Assembly (NCBI RefSeq): GCF_003990355.1
Contig: NZ_CP034670.1
Location: 535,316-567,315 of the forward strand
Reading direction: 5' to 3'
Origin: Eikenella corrodens
GTDB taxonomy: Bacteria > Pseudomonadota > Gammaproteobacteria > Burkholderiales > Neisseriaceae
Length of the DNA stretch: 32,000 nt
The translations under genes were made by a program, and so were the position numbers. Below, one piece after another: positions 1-7,975 of the stretch (positions within the stretch are counted from its first letter, which is position 1; each line of letters starts with the position of its first letter). Below the pieces are notes generated by a model. The model saw only the letters and a program-made list of their open reading frames with translations, was not told the origin of the DNA and did no database searches.

Positions 1-344
1 CGCGCGGAAAGGCGCACGGGGCTGGCGGCAGGGATGCGGGCGGAGAAGACGTGTTCGGTGTTGCGGGTAACGCCGGGGGCGTAGCGGTGGCGCCAGTGTT
101 CGTAGATTTCGTATTCGTTTTGCGTGTGCCAGTCTTTGAGATCTTCCGGCGCGAGCAGGATGCCGGTTTCTTCGGCCACTTCGCGCAGGGCGGTGGCAAA
201 CGGGGTTTCGCCTTCTTCCAGGCTGCCGGTTACGGATTGCCAAAAGCCGGGCGGGGACACGCGCTCGAGCATCAGGGCGCGGCCTTGCCCGTCGTGCAGC
301 ACCACGAGCACGGATTCGGGGCGTTTGTAGGCGGGGCGGTTCAT
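1..344 (-). CDS. nudB: Dihydroneopterin triphosphate diphosphatase (Nudix hydrolase NudB); C-terminus lies beyond the window edge
   Basis: Minus-strand start is CAT at 342-344. The translation MNRPAYKRPESVLVVLHDGQGRALMLERVSPPGFWQSVTGSLEEGETPFATALREVAEETGI...RHRYAPGVTRNTEHVF carries the Nudix box and the NudB-typical FWQSVTGS and RHRYAPGVTRNTE blocks. Track ORF 51..413(+) is its antisense shadow. Confidence 0.85.
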   Translation of the reverse strand, partial: MNRPAYKRPESVLVVLHDGQGRALMLERVSPPGFWQSVTGSLEEGETPFATALREVAEETGILLAPEDLKDWHTQNEYEIYEHWRHRYAPGVTRNTEHVFSARIPAASPVRLSA

Positions 345-423
345 GGGCGGGCTTTCTTTGCGAAGGGGTTTAAAAGGAATGTGCGGTGGCGCCGGTTCGC
401 CTTGCTGTACTGATTTAAATTTA

Positions 424-1169
424 GGGGCTTAGGAAGCAAAATCACAAAATATAGTGATAAGCTTCTGAAATGGATTTAAAAAACAAGTACCAAAAGTGCA
501 GTAAAATTACCGAGGCCAAATTCCGTCAGATCCTGCGGCTTTTCGCCTTAGATTTGACCGCTTCCGATACCGCCAAACTGACCGGAATCAGTGTCAGAAG
601 CGTCAACAGCCTGTACCTGAAATTGCGCCGGCGTTTGGCTGACGAATGCGGGAGGCAGGCACCTTTATACGGCATTGTAGAATTGGACGAATCCTATTTT
701 GGTGCCAAACGTATCAGGGGCAAACGCGGGCGCGGTGCGGGTGGGAAAACTATCGTTTTCGGCATTTTGAAACGTGGGGACAAGGTTTATACCGAGATTG
801 TTCCCGATGCTTCCAAAGCGACGCTGCAAAAGGTCATTAGAGGTCGTGTCGGTATCGAGAGCGTCATCAATACCGACGGTTGGCGCGGTTATCAGGGATT
901 GGTTGACATGGGTTTTGCCAAACATTTCAGGGTACATCATGGTGACAATGAGTTTGTCCGCGGTACGCGGCATATTAACGATATTGAATCTTTTTGGAGC
1001 TACGCCAAGCATCGCTTGGTGCAATTTAACGGGGTGCCGAAGCATACCTTTTACCTGCATTTAAAAGAAACCGAGTTCCGCTTCAACCACCGGCATGATG
1101 ATCTGTATAAAGTGCTATTGAAAATGTTGCGGGAAAACCCTTTAAAATGAATTTTGCTTCCTAAGCCCC
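424..1169 (+). mobile_element. IS1595-family (IS1016-like) insertion sequence, apparently intact
   Basis: Perfect 19-bp terminal inverted repeats GGGGCTTAGGAAGCAAAAT (424-442) and ATTTTGCTTCCTAAGCCCC (1151-1169). A 7-bp direct duplication AAATTTA lies at 417-423 and 1170-1176. One transposase ORF sits inside, and GC is lower than in the flanks. Confidence 0.9.
470..1150 (+). CDS. IS1595-family DDE transposase
   Basis: 226 aa. An N-terminal HTH-like segment (AKFRQILRLFALDLTASDTAKLTGISVRSVN) is followed by VELDESYFG, GKTIVFGI, NTDGWRGY and HINDIESFWSYAKHRL blocks, as recalled for IS1016/ISXO2-like transposases. The ORF is bracketed by the IS inverted repeats. Confidence 0.85.
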   Translation: MDLKNKYQKCSKITEAKFRQILRLFALDLTASDTAKLTGISVRSVNSLYLKLRRRLADECGRQAPLYGIVELDESYFGAKRIRGKRGRGAGGKTIVFGILKRGDKVYTEIVPDASKATLQKVIRGRVGIESVINTDGWRGYQGLVDMGFAKHFRVHHGDNEFVRGTRHINDIESFWSYAKHRLVQFNGVPKHTFYLHLKETEFRFNHRHDDLYKVLLKMLRENPLK

Positions 1170-1211
1170 AAATTTAATTCACTATACTTTGGCCTCAAAT
1201 GTGCAAGCCGT

Positions 1212-1901
1212 TCAATCCCCTGGCTGGATAAAGCGCCATTGCCCCGGCAGCAAATCCCCACATTCCCAATCGCCGAAGCGTAGGCGGTGCAGGGCTTCCA
1301 CTCGATTGCCGGCGGCGGCCACCATGCGTTTTACCTGGTGGTATTTGCCCTGGGTGAGGGTGAGCAGCAGGCTGTGCGGGTTTTCCAATTCGGCCGCGGC
1401 GGCGGATACGGTTTCGTTGTCGTCGTGCAGCAGCACGCCTTGGCGCAAGGCGGCACACAGGCTTTCGTCGGCCGGGTGCTTGAGCGTGGCGCGGTAGAGT
1501 TTGGCCACATGGTGTTTGGGCGAGGTTTGGCGGTGGTTGAACGCGCCGTCGTTGGTGATGAGCAGCACGCCGGTGGTGTCGGCATCGAGCCGCCCGACGG
1601 CTTGCGGCTCGGTGGCGCGGATGTGGTCGGGCAGCAGGGAAAACACGCTGGGGTAGTCGCGCGGGTTGTGCGAAGTTTCGTAGCCGGCGGGCTTGTGCAG
1701 CAGGATGTAGTAGTGCGGCAGGGGAATGACGGCAATCTCTTCGCCGTCGATGGCAAGGCGCTGCACTTGGGCGGGCTCGATTTCGGCATCGGGCCGTTCG
1801 GCGGTTTCGCCGTTGATTTCAATGCGGCCTTGTTCGATGAGTCGGCGGCATTGCTTGCGGCTGCCGATGCCTTGGGCTTGCAGGTATTTGGTCAGTTGCA
1901 T
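1212..1901 (-). CDS. RsuA-family RNA pseudouridine synthase with N-terminal S4 domain
   Basis: 229 aa. S4-like N-terminus (LTKYLQAQGIGSRKQCRRLIEQGRIEING), catalytic GRLDADTTGVLLITNDG motif and GKYHQVKRM motif; collinear with E. coli RsuA. Confidence 0.85.
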   Translation of the reverse strand: MQLTKYLQAQGIGSRKQCRRLIEQGRIEINGETAERPDAEIEPAQVQRLAIDGEEIAVIPLPHYYILLHKPAGYETSHNPRDYPSVFSLLPDHIRATEPQAVGRLDADTTGVLLITNDGAFNHRQTSPKHHVAKLYRATLKHPADESLCAALRQGVLLHDDNETVSAAAAELENPHSLLLTLTQGKYHQVKRMVAAAGNRVEALHRLRFGDWECGDLLPGQWRFIQPGD

Positions 1902-1948
1902 GGCGGGCGGATAATGGGATGGGGGTGGGGATTATAGCAGGCAGCCCG

Positions 1949-1960
1949 GGGCTACCTGAA
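1949..1960 (+). repeat. DNA uptake sequence, Eikenella dialect (GGGCTACCTGAA)
   Basis: Exact 10-nt core GCTACCTGAA in the intergenic region upstream of the pseudouridine synthase gene. Confidence 0.8.
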
Positions 1961-2010
1961 AACCGCGTGTATGGCTTGCTTCGCGCACGGCCTGCCCGTG
2001 CGGCTGATGT

Positions 2011-2114
2011 TATAGTGAATTAACAAAAACCGGTACAGCGTTGTCTCGCCTTGCCGTAAAGTGTGTACTGTCTGCGGCTCGCCGCCTTGTCCTGATTTTT
2101 GTTAATCCACTATA
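2011..2114 (+). repeat. Correia-like MITE (short ~104-bp form)
   Basis: Ends TATAGTGAATTAACAAAAACCGGTAC... and ...CCTGATTTTTGTTAATCCACTATA form the inverted repeats characteristic of Neisseria Correia repeat enclosed elements. A second copy in the opposite orientation lies at 18870-18971. Confidence 0.8.
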
Positions 2115-2122
2115 TATGCAAA

Positions 2123-2161
2123 AGGCTACCTGAAAACGGTCAACCGTGTTTCAGGTAGCCT
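2123..2161. repeat. Inverted DUS pair (hairpin)
   Basis: AGGCTACCTGAA (2123-2134) and TTCAGGTAGCCT (2150-2161) are separated by 15 nt. Confidence 0.85.
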
Positions 2162-2228
2162 TGATGCGGACGGATAATATAATGAATAATGTGACCATGC
2201 TTGTTTGAAGTTTATCCGCCGTTTAAAG

Positions 2229-2262
2229 AAAAGCACGCCGATTGGCTTCCGGCGTGCTTTTG
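2229..2262 (-). terminator. Rho-independent terminator of the OmpA-like gene
   Basis: Stem AAGCACGCCG (2231-2240) / CGGCGTGCTT (2250-2259) with a 9-nt loop. On the minus strand it is followed by TTTTCTTT, directly downstream of the stop at 2281. Confidence 0.7.
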
Positions 2263-2280
2263 TCCGTCTGATCTATGTGC

Positions 2281-2946
2281 TTACTGCTGCTGGCCTGCCT
2301 GGGTGGTGGGGTTGATCAGGATTTCCACACGGCGGTTTTGTGCGCGGCCGCTTTCGGTGGAGTTGTCGGCCACCGGCGAGCGTGAGCCGTAGCCCACGGT
2401 GCTGATGCGGCTGGCAGCCACACCGCGGCCGGTGAGATAACCGGCAACGGAGCGGGCGCGGTTTTCAGACAAGGGGTTGTTGATGCGGTCGTTGCCGGTG
2501 TTGTCGGTGTGTCCGGCCACGGTGATGGTGGTTTCCGGATACTGCGTCAGCACATTGGCCACGGTGTTGAGCGAATTGACTGCGTCCGGGCTCAGGCTGG
2601 CGCTGTTGGTGGCGAAGGTAACGCCGCTGGGCATGGTCAGCTTGATTTGGTCGCCTTTGCGTTCCACTTCCACCGGCGTGTTGGCCAGCTCTTGGCGCAG
2701 ACGGCGCTCTTGAAGGTCCATATAGCCGCCTACGCCTGCGCCCACCACGCCGCAGCCCAATGCCGCATTGCGCGCGCCTTTACTGCCGTGCGTGATGGCA
2801 CCGATGGCGCCGCAGGCCGCCGCGCCGCCGAGGCCGTAGAGCGCGGTTTTGGAAATGGTTTGCTGACCGGTAACCGGGTCGGTAACGCAGCCGTTCAGGG
2901 CAAAGGTGGCGGCTAGGGTTAATACAGTCAGACGTTTCATCATCAT
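2281..2946 (-). CDS. OmpA-family peptidoglycan-associated lipoprotein with glycine-zipper region
   Basis: 221 aa. Lipoprotein signal MMMKRLTVLTLAATFALNG-C, a Gly/Ala-rich zipper (GLGGAAACGAIGAITHG...GCGVVGAGVGG), and a C-terminal OmpA_C motif (HTDNTGNDRINNPLSENRARSVAGYL...GYG...NRRVEILI). Confidence 0.85.
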   Translation of the reverse strand: MMMKRLTVLTLAATFALNGCVTDPVTGQQTISKTALYGLGGAAACGAIGAITHGSKGARNAALGCGVVGAGVGGYMDLQERRLRQELANTPVEVERKGDQIKLTMPSGVTFATNSASLSPDAVNSLNTVANVLTQYPETTITVAGHTDNTGNDRINNPLSENRARSVAGYLTGRGVAASRISTVGYGSRSPVADNSTESGRAQNRRVEILINPTTQAGQQQ

Positions 2947-3158
2947 TGATATCCTTTTTTGGGAGAGTTTGGTGAAAACAACAAGTTAATATAAAACACG
3001 CTGCCTACAGCAGGCACTATAGGCGAGCTGCCGCACAAACAAAAGCCGCCGCTGCAACATTTACCGTTTTCAAAACTTTCCAAATGTTTGTTTACATTTG
3101 CCCGCCAGGTGGCTGCAAACAAGGCTTTCGGCTACAATGCCCTTCCCAACAACCTGAT

Positions 3159-3170
3159 GGGCTACCTGAA
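3159..3170 (+). repeat. DUS (GGGCTACCTGAA) in the cysS leader
   Basis: Exact core. It pairs at long range with the reverse DUS at 3263-3274. Confidence 0.8.
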
Positions 3171-3262
3171 AACAGGCCGCGCCTATCCTACTTCTTTCTG
3201 CCCGCGCTCGCCTTGACAGCAAATAATTTTCAGCGGCGCAGAAACTTCGCTGCGGCCGCATT

Positions 3263-3274
3263 TTCAGGTAGCCT
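3263..3274 (-). repeat. DUS (reverse orientation, TTCAGGTAGCCT)
   Basis: Exact 12-mer, 32 nt upstream of the cysS ATG. Confidence 0.85.
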
Positions 3275-3305
3275 CCAATCTTTAACCAACCACTTCCATT
3301 GCACT

Positions 3306-4748
3306 ATGCCAACTATCTACAACACCCTCACCCGCCAAAAAGAGCCCTTCGCCCCCATCGATCCCGAAAACGTGCGCATGTACGTTTGCGGCATGACCGT
3401 ATACGACTACTGCCACTTAGGCCACGCCCGCGTGATGGTGGTGTTCGACATGATTGCCCGCTGGCTGCGCGAATGCGGCTATCCGCTCACTTATGTGCGC
3501 AACATCACCGACATCGACGACAAAATCATCGCCCGCGCGGCCGAAAACGGCGAAACCATCGGCGAGCTCACCGCCCGCTTTATCCAAGCCATGCACGAAG
3601 ATGCCGATGCCTTGGGCGTGTTGCGCCCCGACGTTGAGCCGAAGGCCACGGAAAACATTCCGCAGATGATTGCCATGATTGAAGCCCTGATTCGCAACGG
3701 CAAAGCCTATCCCGCCGCCAACGGCGACGTTTATTACGCCGTGCGCGAGTTTGCTGCTTACGGCCAATTATCCGGCAAATCGCTGGACGACCTGCGCGCC
3801 GGCGAGCGCGTGGAAGTGGACGGTTTCAAACGCGACCCGCTCGATTTCGTGCTGTGGAAAGCCGCCAAAGCAGGCGAGCCGGCCTGGGAAAGCCCGTGGG
3901 GCAACGGCCGCCCGGGCTGGCACATCGAATGCTCCGCCATGAGCGACAACCTGTTCGGCGACACCTTCGACATCCACGGCGGCGGCGCGGATTTGCAGTT
4001 CCCGCACCATGAAAACGAAATCGCCCAAAGCGTTGGCGCCAGCGGCCATGTTTGCGGACACGAACACGCGCACACCCACCACGGCCAAAGCATCGCCAGC
4101 CACGTTAAATACTGGCTGCACAACGGCTTTATCCGCGTGGACGGCGAAAAAATGTCCAAATCCCTGGGCAACTTCTTCACCATCCGCGACGTGCTGAAGC
4201 AATACGATCCCGAAGTCGTGCGCTTCTTCATCCTGCGCGCCCACTACCGCAGCCCGCTGAATTATTCGGATGCGCACCTCGACGATGCCAAAAACGCCCT
4301 CACCCGCCTCTACAACACCCTGGCCAACGTGCCGCCCGCAGCCGAGTTTGGTTCAGCCGAAACTCTTCAGGCAGCCTCCGAAACCAACGACTACACTCGC
4401 CGCTTCTTCGCCGCCATGAACGACGATTTCGACACCGTGCAGGCCGTGGCCGTATTGTTCGAGCTGGCCGGCGAAGCCAACAAAACCCGGTCTGCCGAGC
4501 TTGCCGGCTGCCTCAAAGCCCTTGCCGGCACCATCGGGCTGCTGCAACGCAACCCCACCGAATTCCTGCAAGGCGGCGCACCCGCAAACGGTTTGAGCAG
4601 CGAAGAAATCGAAGCCCTCATCGCCCGGCGCAAACAAGCCCGCGCCGACAAAAACTGGGCCGAATCCGACCGCATCCGCGACCTGCTCGCCGAGCAAGGC
4701 ATCACCCTGCGCGACGGCGCGGACGGCACCAGCTGGACACGCGGCTGA
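3306..4748 (+). CDS. cysS: Cysteine--tRNA ligase
   Basis: Start taken at [15 protein letters not shown] (ATG 3306) rather than the upstream track start at 3084. Contains the HIGH motif (CHLGHAR), WHIECS, the KMSKS motif and [16 protein letters not shown]; about 480 aa, collinear with CysS. Confidence 0.93.
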   Translation: MPTIYNTLTRQKEPFAPIDPENVRMYVCGMTVYDYCHLGHARVMVVFDMIARWLRECGYPLTYVRNITDIDDKIIARAAENGETIGELTARFIQAMHEDADALGVLRPDVEPKATENIPQMIAMIEALIRNGKAYPAANGDVYYAVREFAAYGQLSGKSLDDLRAGERVEVDGFKRDPLDFVLWKAAKAGEPAWESPWGNGRPGWHIECSAMSDNLFGDTFDIHGGGADLQFPHHENEIAQSVGASGHVCGHEHAHTHHGQSIASHVKYWLHNGFIRVDGEKMSKSLGNFFTIRDVLKQYDPEVVRFFILRAHYRSPLNYSDAHLDDAKNALTRLYNTLANVPPAAEFGSAETLQAASETNDYTRRFFAAMNDDFDTVQAVAVLFELAGEANKTRSAELAGCLKALAGTIGLLQRNPTEFLQGGAPANGLSSEEIEALIARRKQARADKNWAESDRIRDLLAEQGITLRDGADGTSWTRG

Positions 4749-4797
4749 TAAGTTGGAGTTGGCTGTGAGCCAACCACGCTGTTGATTCCCGCAACAA

Positions 4798-4829
4798 AGG
4801 CTACCTGAAATTTCAGGTAGCCTTTTTTC
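4798..4829 (+). terminator. cysS terminator built from an inverted DUS pair
   Basis: Perfect 26-nt palindrome AGGCTACCTGAAATTTCAGGTAGCCT (4798-4823) runs into a T tract (4823-4828). Two further reverse DUS copies lie at 4827-4838 and 4877-4888. Confidence 0.8.
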
Positions 4830-4850
4830 AGGTAGCCTTTAGCGGGTATC

Positions 4851-4871
4851 GGATTGGAGAATCCAACCTAC
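4851..4871 (-). repeat. REP-like element (GTAG head plus short hairpin)
   Basis: The minus strand reads GTAG-GTT-GGATT-CTCC-AATCC. Related GTAG/GTGG-headed hairpins lie at 4758-4774 and in the 28669-28835 cluster. Confidence 0.4.
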
Positions 4872-4921
4872 GGTTTTTCAGGTAGCCCTTATATATTTCG
4901 CGCCGTCGGGGGCTAGTCCTG

Positions 4922-4932
4922 ACGGTATCTTT
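4922..4932 (+). repeat. Core repeat ACGGTATCTTT, copy A (putative attL)
   Basis: Context: ctagtcctgACGGTATCTTTGccagacagg. The chromosomal REP-like palindrome is to the left and lower-GC phage DNA to the right. Confidence 0.65.
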
Positions 4933-5006
4933 GCCAGACAGGCATTATCCACATCATAAGGCTGGACTAGCTCTCTTTGATCAAGCTAACTCAAAGGAGC
5001 TTTTTT

Positions 5007-5297
5007 ATGTCTTATCAATTACCTACCTATCCAAACATTACCGCCTATCTAGGCCAGCAGCCAGGCGATCTCTTTTGCGAGCTCGCCATCAAACTGAACA
5101 TCGAATCGGATCGCAGCTTCATCCTCTTTGAACACATAATCGAATCAGATCACCTTTCAGCCGACAGCGTGCGCCGGTTACTCGATACCTACGTCAGATT
5201 CGTTATTGACGCCATCGAATTACAAATTCCCTTTTTCCGCAACGTATCAGAAACCGAGTTCGAGCAAGTTGTTCCCGGATTCGAAATGGTGGCGTAA
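5007..5297 (+). CDS. Hypothetical phage protein (96 aa)
   Basis: ATG at 5007 follows the RBS AAAGGAG (4993-4999). It is the first ORF of the prophage. I recognise no family. Confidence 0.6.
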   Translation: MSYQLPTYPNITAYLGQQPGDLFCELAIKLNIESDRSFILFEHIIESDHLSADSVRRLLDTYVRFVIDAIELQIPFFRNVSETEFEQVVPGFEMVA

Positions 5298-5365
5298 ATG
5301 GCTAAGAAGCATAAAAACGCGTACCGGATTACTCCGAAATTCGTCATGCCGAAGAAGCGGCGAAG

Positions 5366-6688
5366 ATGAAGCCGGCTGCGGCGGCGGATGGCCGCCCTGC
5401 GGCCGCCGCCGGAGCGGCCGGCGACAATCGCCCCCCTAGGCTAACAGGGGGGGAGCAAAAAACCCAAAGACCATTAGCGGGGGAGCAAAAAATTGACTGG
5501 GCGGCCTATCAGGAAAGCGAATACTTTAAAACCTTCGTGACCAACCAGCGCGGCAAGCTTATAGAAATCCCATTACGCAAAGGCCGTGAAGATGGCGCCC
5601 TAATCGACTATCTGACTTTCACTTTCAGAAGGGAAAGCCTGATTGAATATTTCAAGAATCGCATCATCGGCGATAACGAATACATCGTGGTTGCCAGCGA
5701 AATGTTACAAAAAATCTTCGGCTACGGCCTGACCAAAAAAATGCCAGGCAAAGGCAAGTTTTTCTATCAAGGCTATTACCAAGTCGGCCCCGATAACGCC
5801 CCATACGGCACCCTGCATTACGGCGGCCAGCGCGATACCGTCTTAGTCGACTTGACCGGCACCGGTTGCCAAGCCGCAAAGCCCGGCTGGGAAGTCCGCC
5901 TTTATCAATTTTTGCAGGTAGCCATTAACGCCCGTATTACCCGTTGCGACGTTGCCCATGATTTTTTCAACGGCGAATACACCCCGGAACAAGGCATTTC
6001 CGATCATGCAAAAGGTTTGTATGACAACCATAACATTCGCCCAAAAATCGAACGCCGCGGCACGGCATGGATGAACGAGGACAACACCGGCAAAACCCTC
6101 TACATAGGACGCAAAGGCTCTTCCAAGCTGCTGCGAATTTATGAAAAAGGCAAAAAGTTTGGCGATGAAAACAGCCCGTGGGTTCGTTTCGAAGTCGAAT
6201 TCAGAAAACACGATTGCCTGATACCCATAGATATTTTGCTGTATCCCGGGCAATACCTGACCGGCGCATTTCCGATTGGCGAGCAACTCTTTACCACTCC
6301 CGCCAGCCGTATAGAAACCAAAACCCAAACTGTGAACCTTTCCTTTGACCAAAAAGAATTTCACGCAAAAAACCAGGTAGGCCGCTTCGTCCGTTTCCTA
6401 GTCGATATAGGGCTACCTGATAAAGAAATCGTCAAAAGATTGTGCGGCGAACAAAACAAATATCCGAAAGGTTTAGATCCTTCCGAATACGATTGCGAAG
6501 CCATCAAAACTTATTACCTGCATGACGAAGGCTTCAAACCATTGGATATAGACCAATTCAAAATGACCTTGGATAACTATCTTTTAGATGATGCTTATGA
6601 AGATAGATTGAGTAATGCTCATAGAGTCGCAGAAGCATTAGTAAATCAGCAAGACTACGAATACTTTTTCATTCAAGAAAGGAATTAA
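5366..6688 (+). CDS. Phage replication initiation protein (Rep_trans / RstA-like rolling-circle initiator)
   Basis: 440 aa. Its position and blocks (IDYLTFTF, GYYQVG...GTLHYGGQRDTVLVDLTGTGC, ITRCDVAHDF, WVRFEVEFR) resemble replication initiation factors of Nf/CTX-type filamentous phages. The N-terminal ~45 aa are low complexity. Confidence 0.75.
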   Translation: MKPAAAADGRPAAAAGAAGDNRPPRLTGGEQKTQRPLAGEQKIDWAAYQESEYFKTFVTNQRGKLIEIPLRKGREDGALIDYLTFTFRRESLIEYFKNRIIGDNEYIVVASEMLQKIFGYGLTKKMPGKGKFFYQGYYQVGPDNAPYGTLHYGGQRDTVLVDLTGTGCQAAKPGWEVRLYQFLQVAINARITRCDVAHDFFNGEYTPEQGISDHAKGLYDNHNIRPKIERRGTAWMNEDNTGKTLYIGRKGSSKLLRIYEKGKKFGDENSPWVRFEVEFRKHDCLIPIDILLYPGQYLTGAFPIGEQLFTTPASRIETKTQTVNLSFDQKEFHAKNQVGRFVRFLVDIGLPDKEIVKRLCGEQNKYPKGLDPSEYDCEAIKTYYLHDEGFKPLDIDQFKMTLDNYLLDDAYEDRLSNAHRVAEALVNQQDYEYFFIQERN

Positions 6689-6691
6689 CAA

Positions 6692-7012
6692 ATGGATTTC
6701 AGCAAATTACAACAGCCACTTTTCGAACGCGCCATCATCATGGGCGTAACCCGTTTTAAAGGCGAAATTGACGGCAGTGAAATTGATTCATGCACCGTTT
6801 TCCGTGCTGCTCCCTTCAATGATGCCAGCGGCAATGCAATGGGTCTTGGCCTGGCTAAAGTTCGTTTCGGCAGCAGCAGCAACTTTGACCGTTTTGCCGG
6901 TCTGACCTTCCCTTGTGAGCTGGAAATTCAGCTTGCCCGCGTAACCAACGGCAGCGGCAAAGAAACCGTCGTTATGAAAGACTTCCGACCGGTTGCCGAA
7001 GCCAAAAAATAG
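6692..7012 (+). CDS. Hypothetical phage protein in the position of the ssDNA-binding protein (gV analogue)
   Basis: 106 aa, RBS AAGGAA, directly downstream of rep. The function is inferred from gene order only. Confidence 0.6.
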   Translation: MDFSKLQQPLFERAIIMGVTRFKGEIDGSEIDSCTVFRAAPFNDASGNAMGLGLAKVRFGSSSNFDRFAGLTFPCELEIQLARVTNGSGKETVVMKDFRPVAEAKK

Positions 7013-7025
7013 AAAGGCGTAAGCC

Positions 7026-7241
7026 ATGGAAGAACGCTACATCGTGCAGGATTTGGACACCTTCGAATTCCTGTACCCGGAAAGAACGGGCGGAATAGGT
7101 TTAACGCCCTATCTCAAGTTGGCCGGGCATTTCTCAACCCGTGCCGATGCAATGGAAGCCGGAATAGACGAACTGGGTTCAGAGTTTGCCGTTTTCGCCT
7201 TCTTCGTACCGCAAGAATCGAACAAAGAAACCAAACAATAA
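7026..7241 (+). CDS. Hypothetical phage protein (71 aa)
   Basis: ORF with RBS AAAGG upstream, co-oriented within the phage operon. Confidence 0.55.
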   Translation: MEERYIVQDLDTFEFLYPERTGGIGLTPYLKLAGHFSTRADAMEAGIDELGSEFAVFAFFVPQESNKETKQ

Positions 7242-7319
7242 AGGGGCTTTCTGTCGTTGCCGGGCGGCCAGCGACATTAAACCTTTGAGAAGCCGCCCAC
7301 TAATTTTTTGGAAGCAGGA

Positions 7320-7463
7320 ATGTTAACCGGTATTGCACACATCATCGTTCCGCTGATTAGAGAGCAGGGGTTCATTGATATGCTGATTCAATATATGGGA
7401 GTCATATTGGGAGTAATTTTTCTTTTTTTTTGTTTTGAAGCATTAACGTTATCCGGTAAGTAA
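7320..7463 (+). CDS. Small hydrophobic phage protein (47 aa, not in ORF track)
   Basis: Hand translation: MLTGIAHIIVPLIREQGFIDMLIQYMGVILGVIFLFFCFEALTLSGK. It has one predicted TM segment. Its size and position before the coat gene resemble minor coat proteins. It contains a T9 tract (7423-7431). Confidence 0.4.
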   Translation: MLTGIAHIIVPLIREQGFIDMLIQYMGVILGVIFLFFCFEALTLSGK

Positions 7464-7508
7464 CTGAAAAATCTTTCACGATCCATTAATTTTTCGAGAG
7501 GAGTAAAA

Positions 7509-7658
7509 ATGCCATTTTATAGTTATGAAGAATTTGAAGAAGCCGTTGGAGAAATCGACGATGATGAAATGGTAGATGATTTCCATACTTGGGAAGAGCT
7601 TCAGGAAGAGTATCCGGATGGCGTATTTGACGAAGATGCCGAATTTATCCCGTTCTGA
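7509..7658 (+). CDS. Small highly acidic phage protein (49 aa, not in ORF track)
   Basis: RBS GAGAGGAG, then ATG at 7509: MPFYSYEEFEEAVGEIDDDEMVDDFHTWEELQEEYPDGVFDEDAEFIPF. Confidence 0.45.
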   Translation: MPFYSYEEFEEAVGEIDDDEMVDDFHTWEELQEEYPDGVFDEDAEFIPF

Positions 7659-7741
7659 TTGTTTTTAAGAAATTAACGCTATCCGGGCGGCGTTAATCAA
7701 GTAAATGCCCGATTTGAAAACTTGTTTTAAAGGAAAACATC

Positions 7742-7957
7742 ATGTTGAAACTGAAACATAAAGCTACGGCCTTGGCCGTTATGGCCTCCGCCTTCATCGC
7801 TACTAACGCTTCCGCAGGCGCGGTAGCTGACGCAGTAACCGCCGCTACCGGCGATTTCAAAACCGACTTGGCTTCAGTTGGCGGTATTGCCGTAGGTCTC
7901 GGCCTGATCGGTATCGCCTTCATCGCCGGTATCCGTTTGATTAAACGCGCGGTCTAA
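7742..7957 (+). CDS. Major coat protein (pVIII-like)
   Basis: 71 aa. Signal peptide MLKLKHKATALAVMASAFIATNASA, an acidic/amphipathic mature N-terminus, a hydrophobic core VGGIAVGLGLIGIAFIAGI and a basic tail RLIKRAV; this is the classic inovirus coat architecture. Confidence 0.85.
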   Translation: MLKLKHKATALAVMASAFIATNASAGAVADAVTAATGDFKTDLASVGGIAVGLGLIGIAFIAGIRLIKRAV

Positions 7958-7975
7958 AGAGTAAGGGCGGGCATC

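Noticed and set aside
4030-4100. His-rich insertion in CysS ([25 protein letters not shown]) relative to E. coli CysS.
   Set aside because: As far as I recall a similar insertion is present in Neisseria CysS, so it is probably a lineage trait rather than a local anomaly. I cannot verify this without an alignment.
4840-4875. The hairpin region before attL looked superficially like a tRNA 3' fragment, a common phage attB.
   Set aside because: It has no T-loop consensus (GTTCGAATC-like), acceptor stem or CCA context. It fits the GTAG-headed REP-like family better.
5206-5439. ORFs 4931-5131(+) and 5206-5439(+), which overlap the first phage ORF and the rep start.
   Set aside because: They are alternative-frame ORFs without an RBS, overlap better-supported ORFs, and have Arg/Ser/Gly-rich or otherwise featureless translations.
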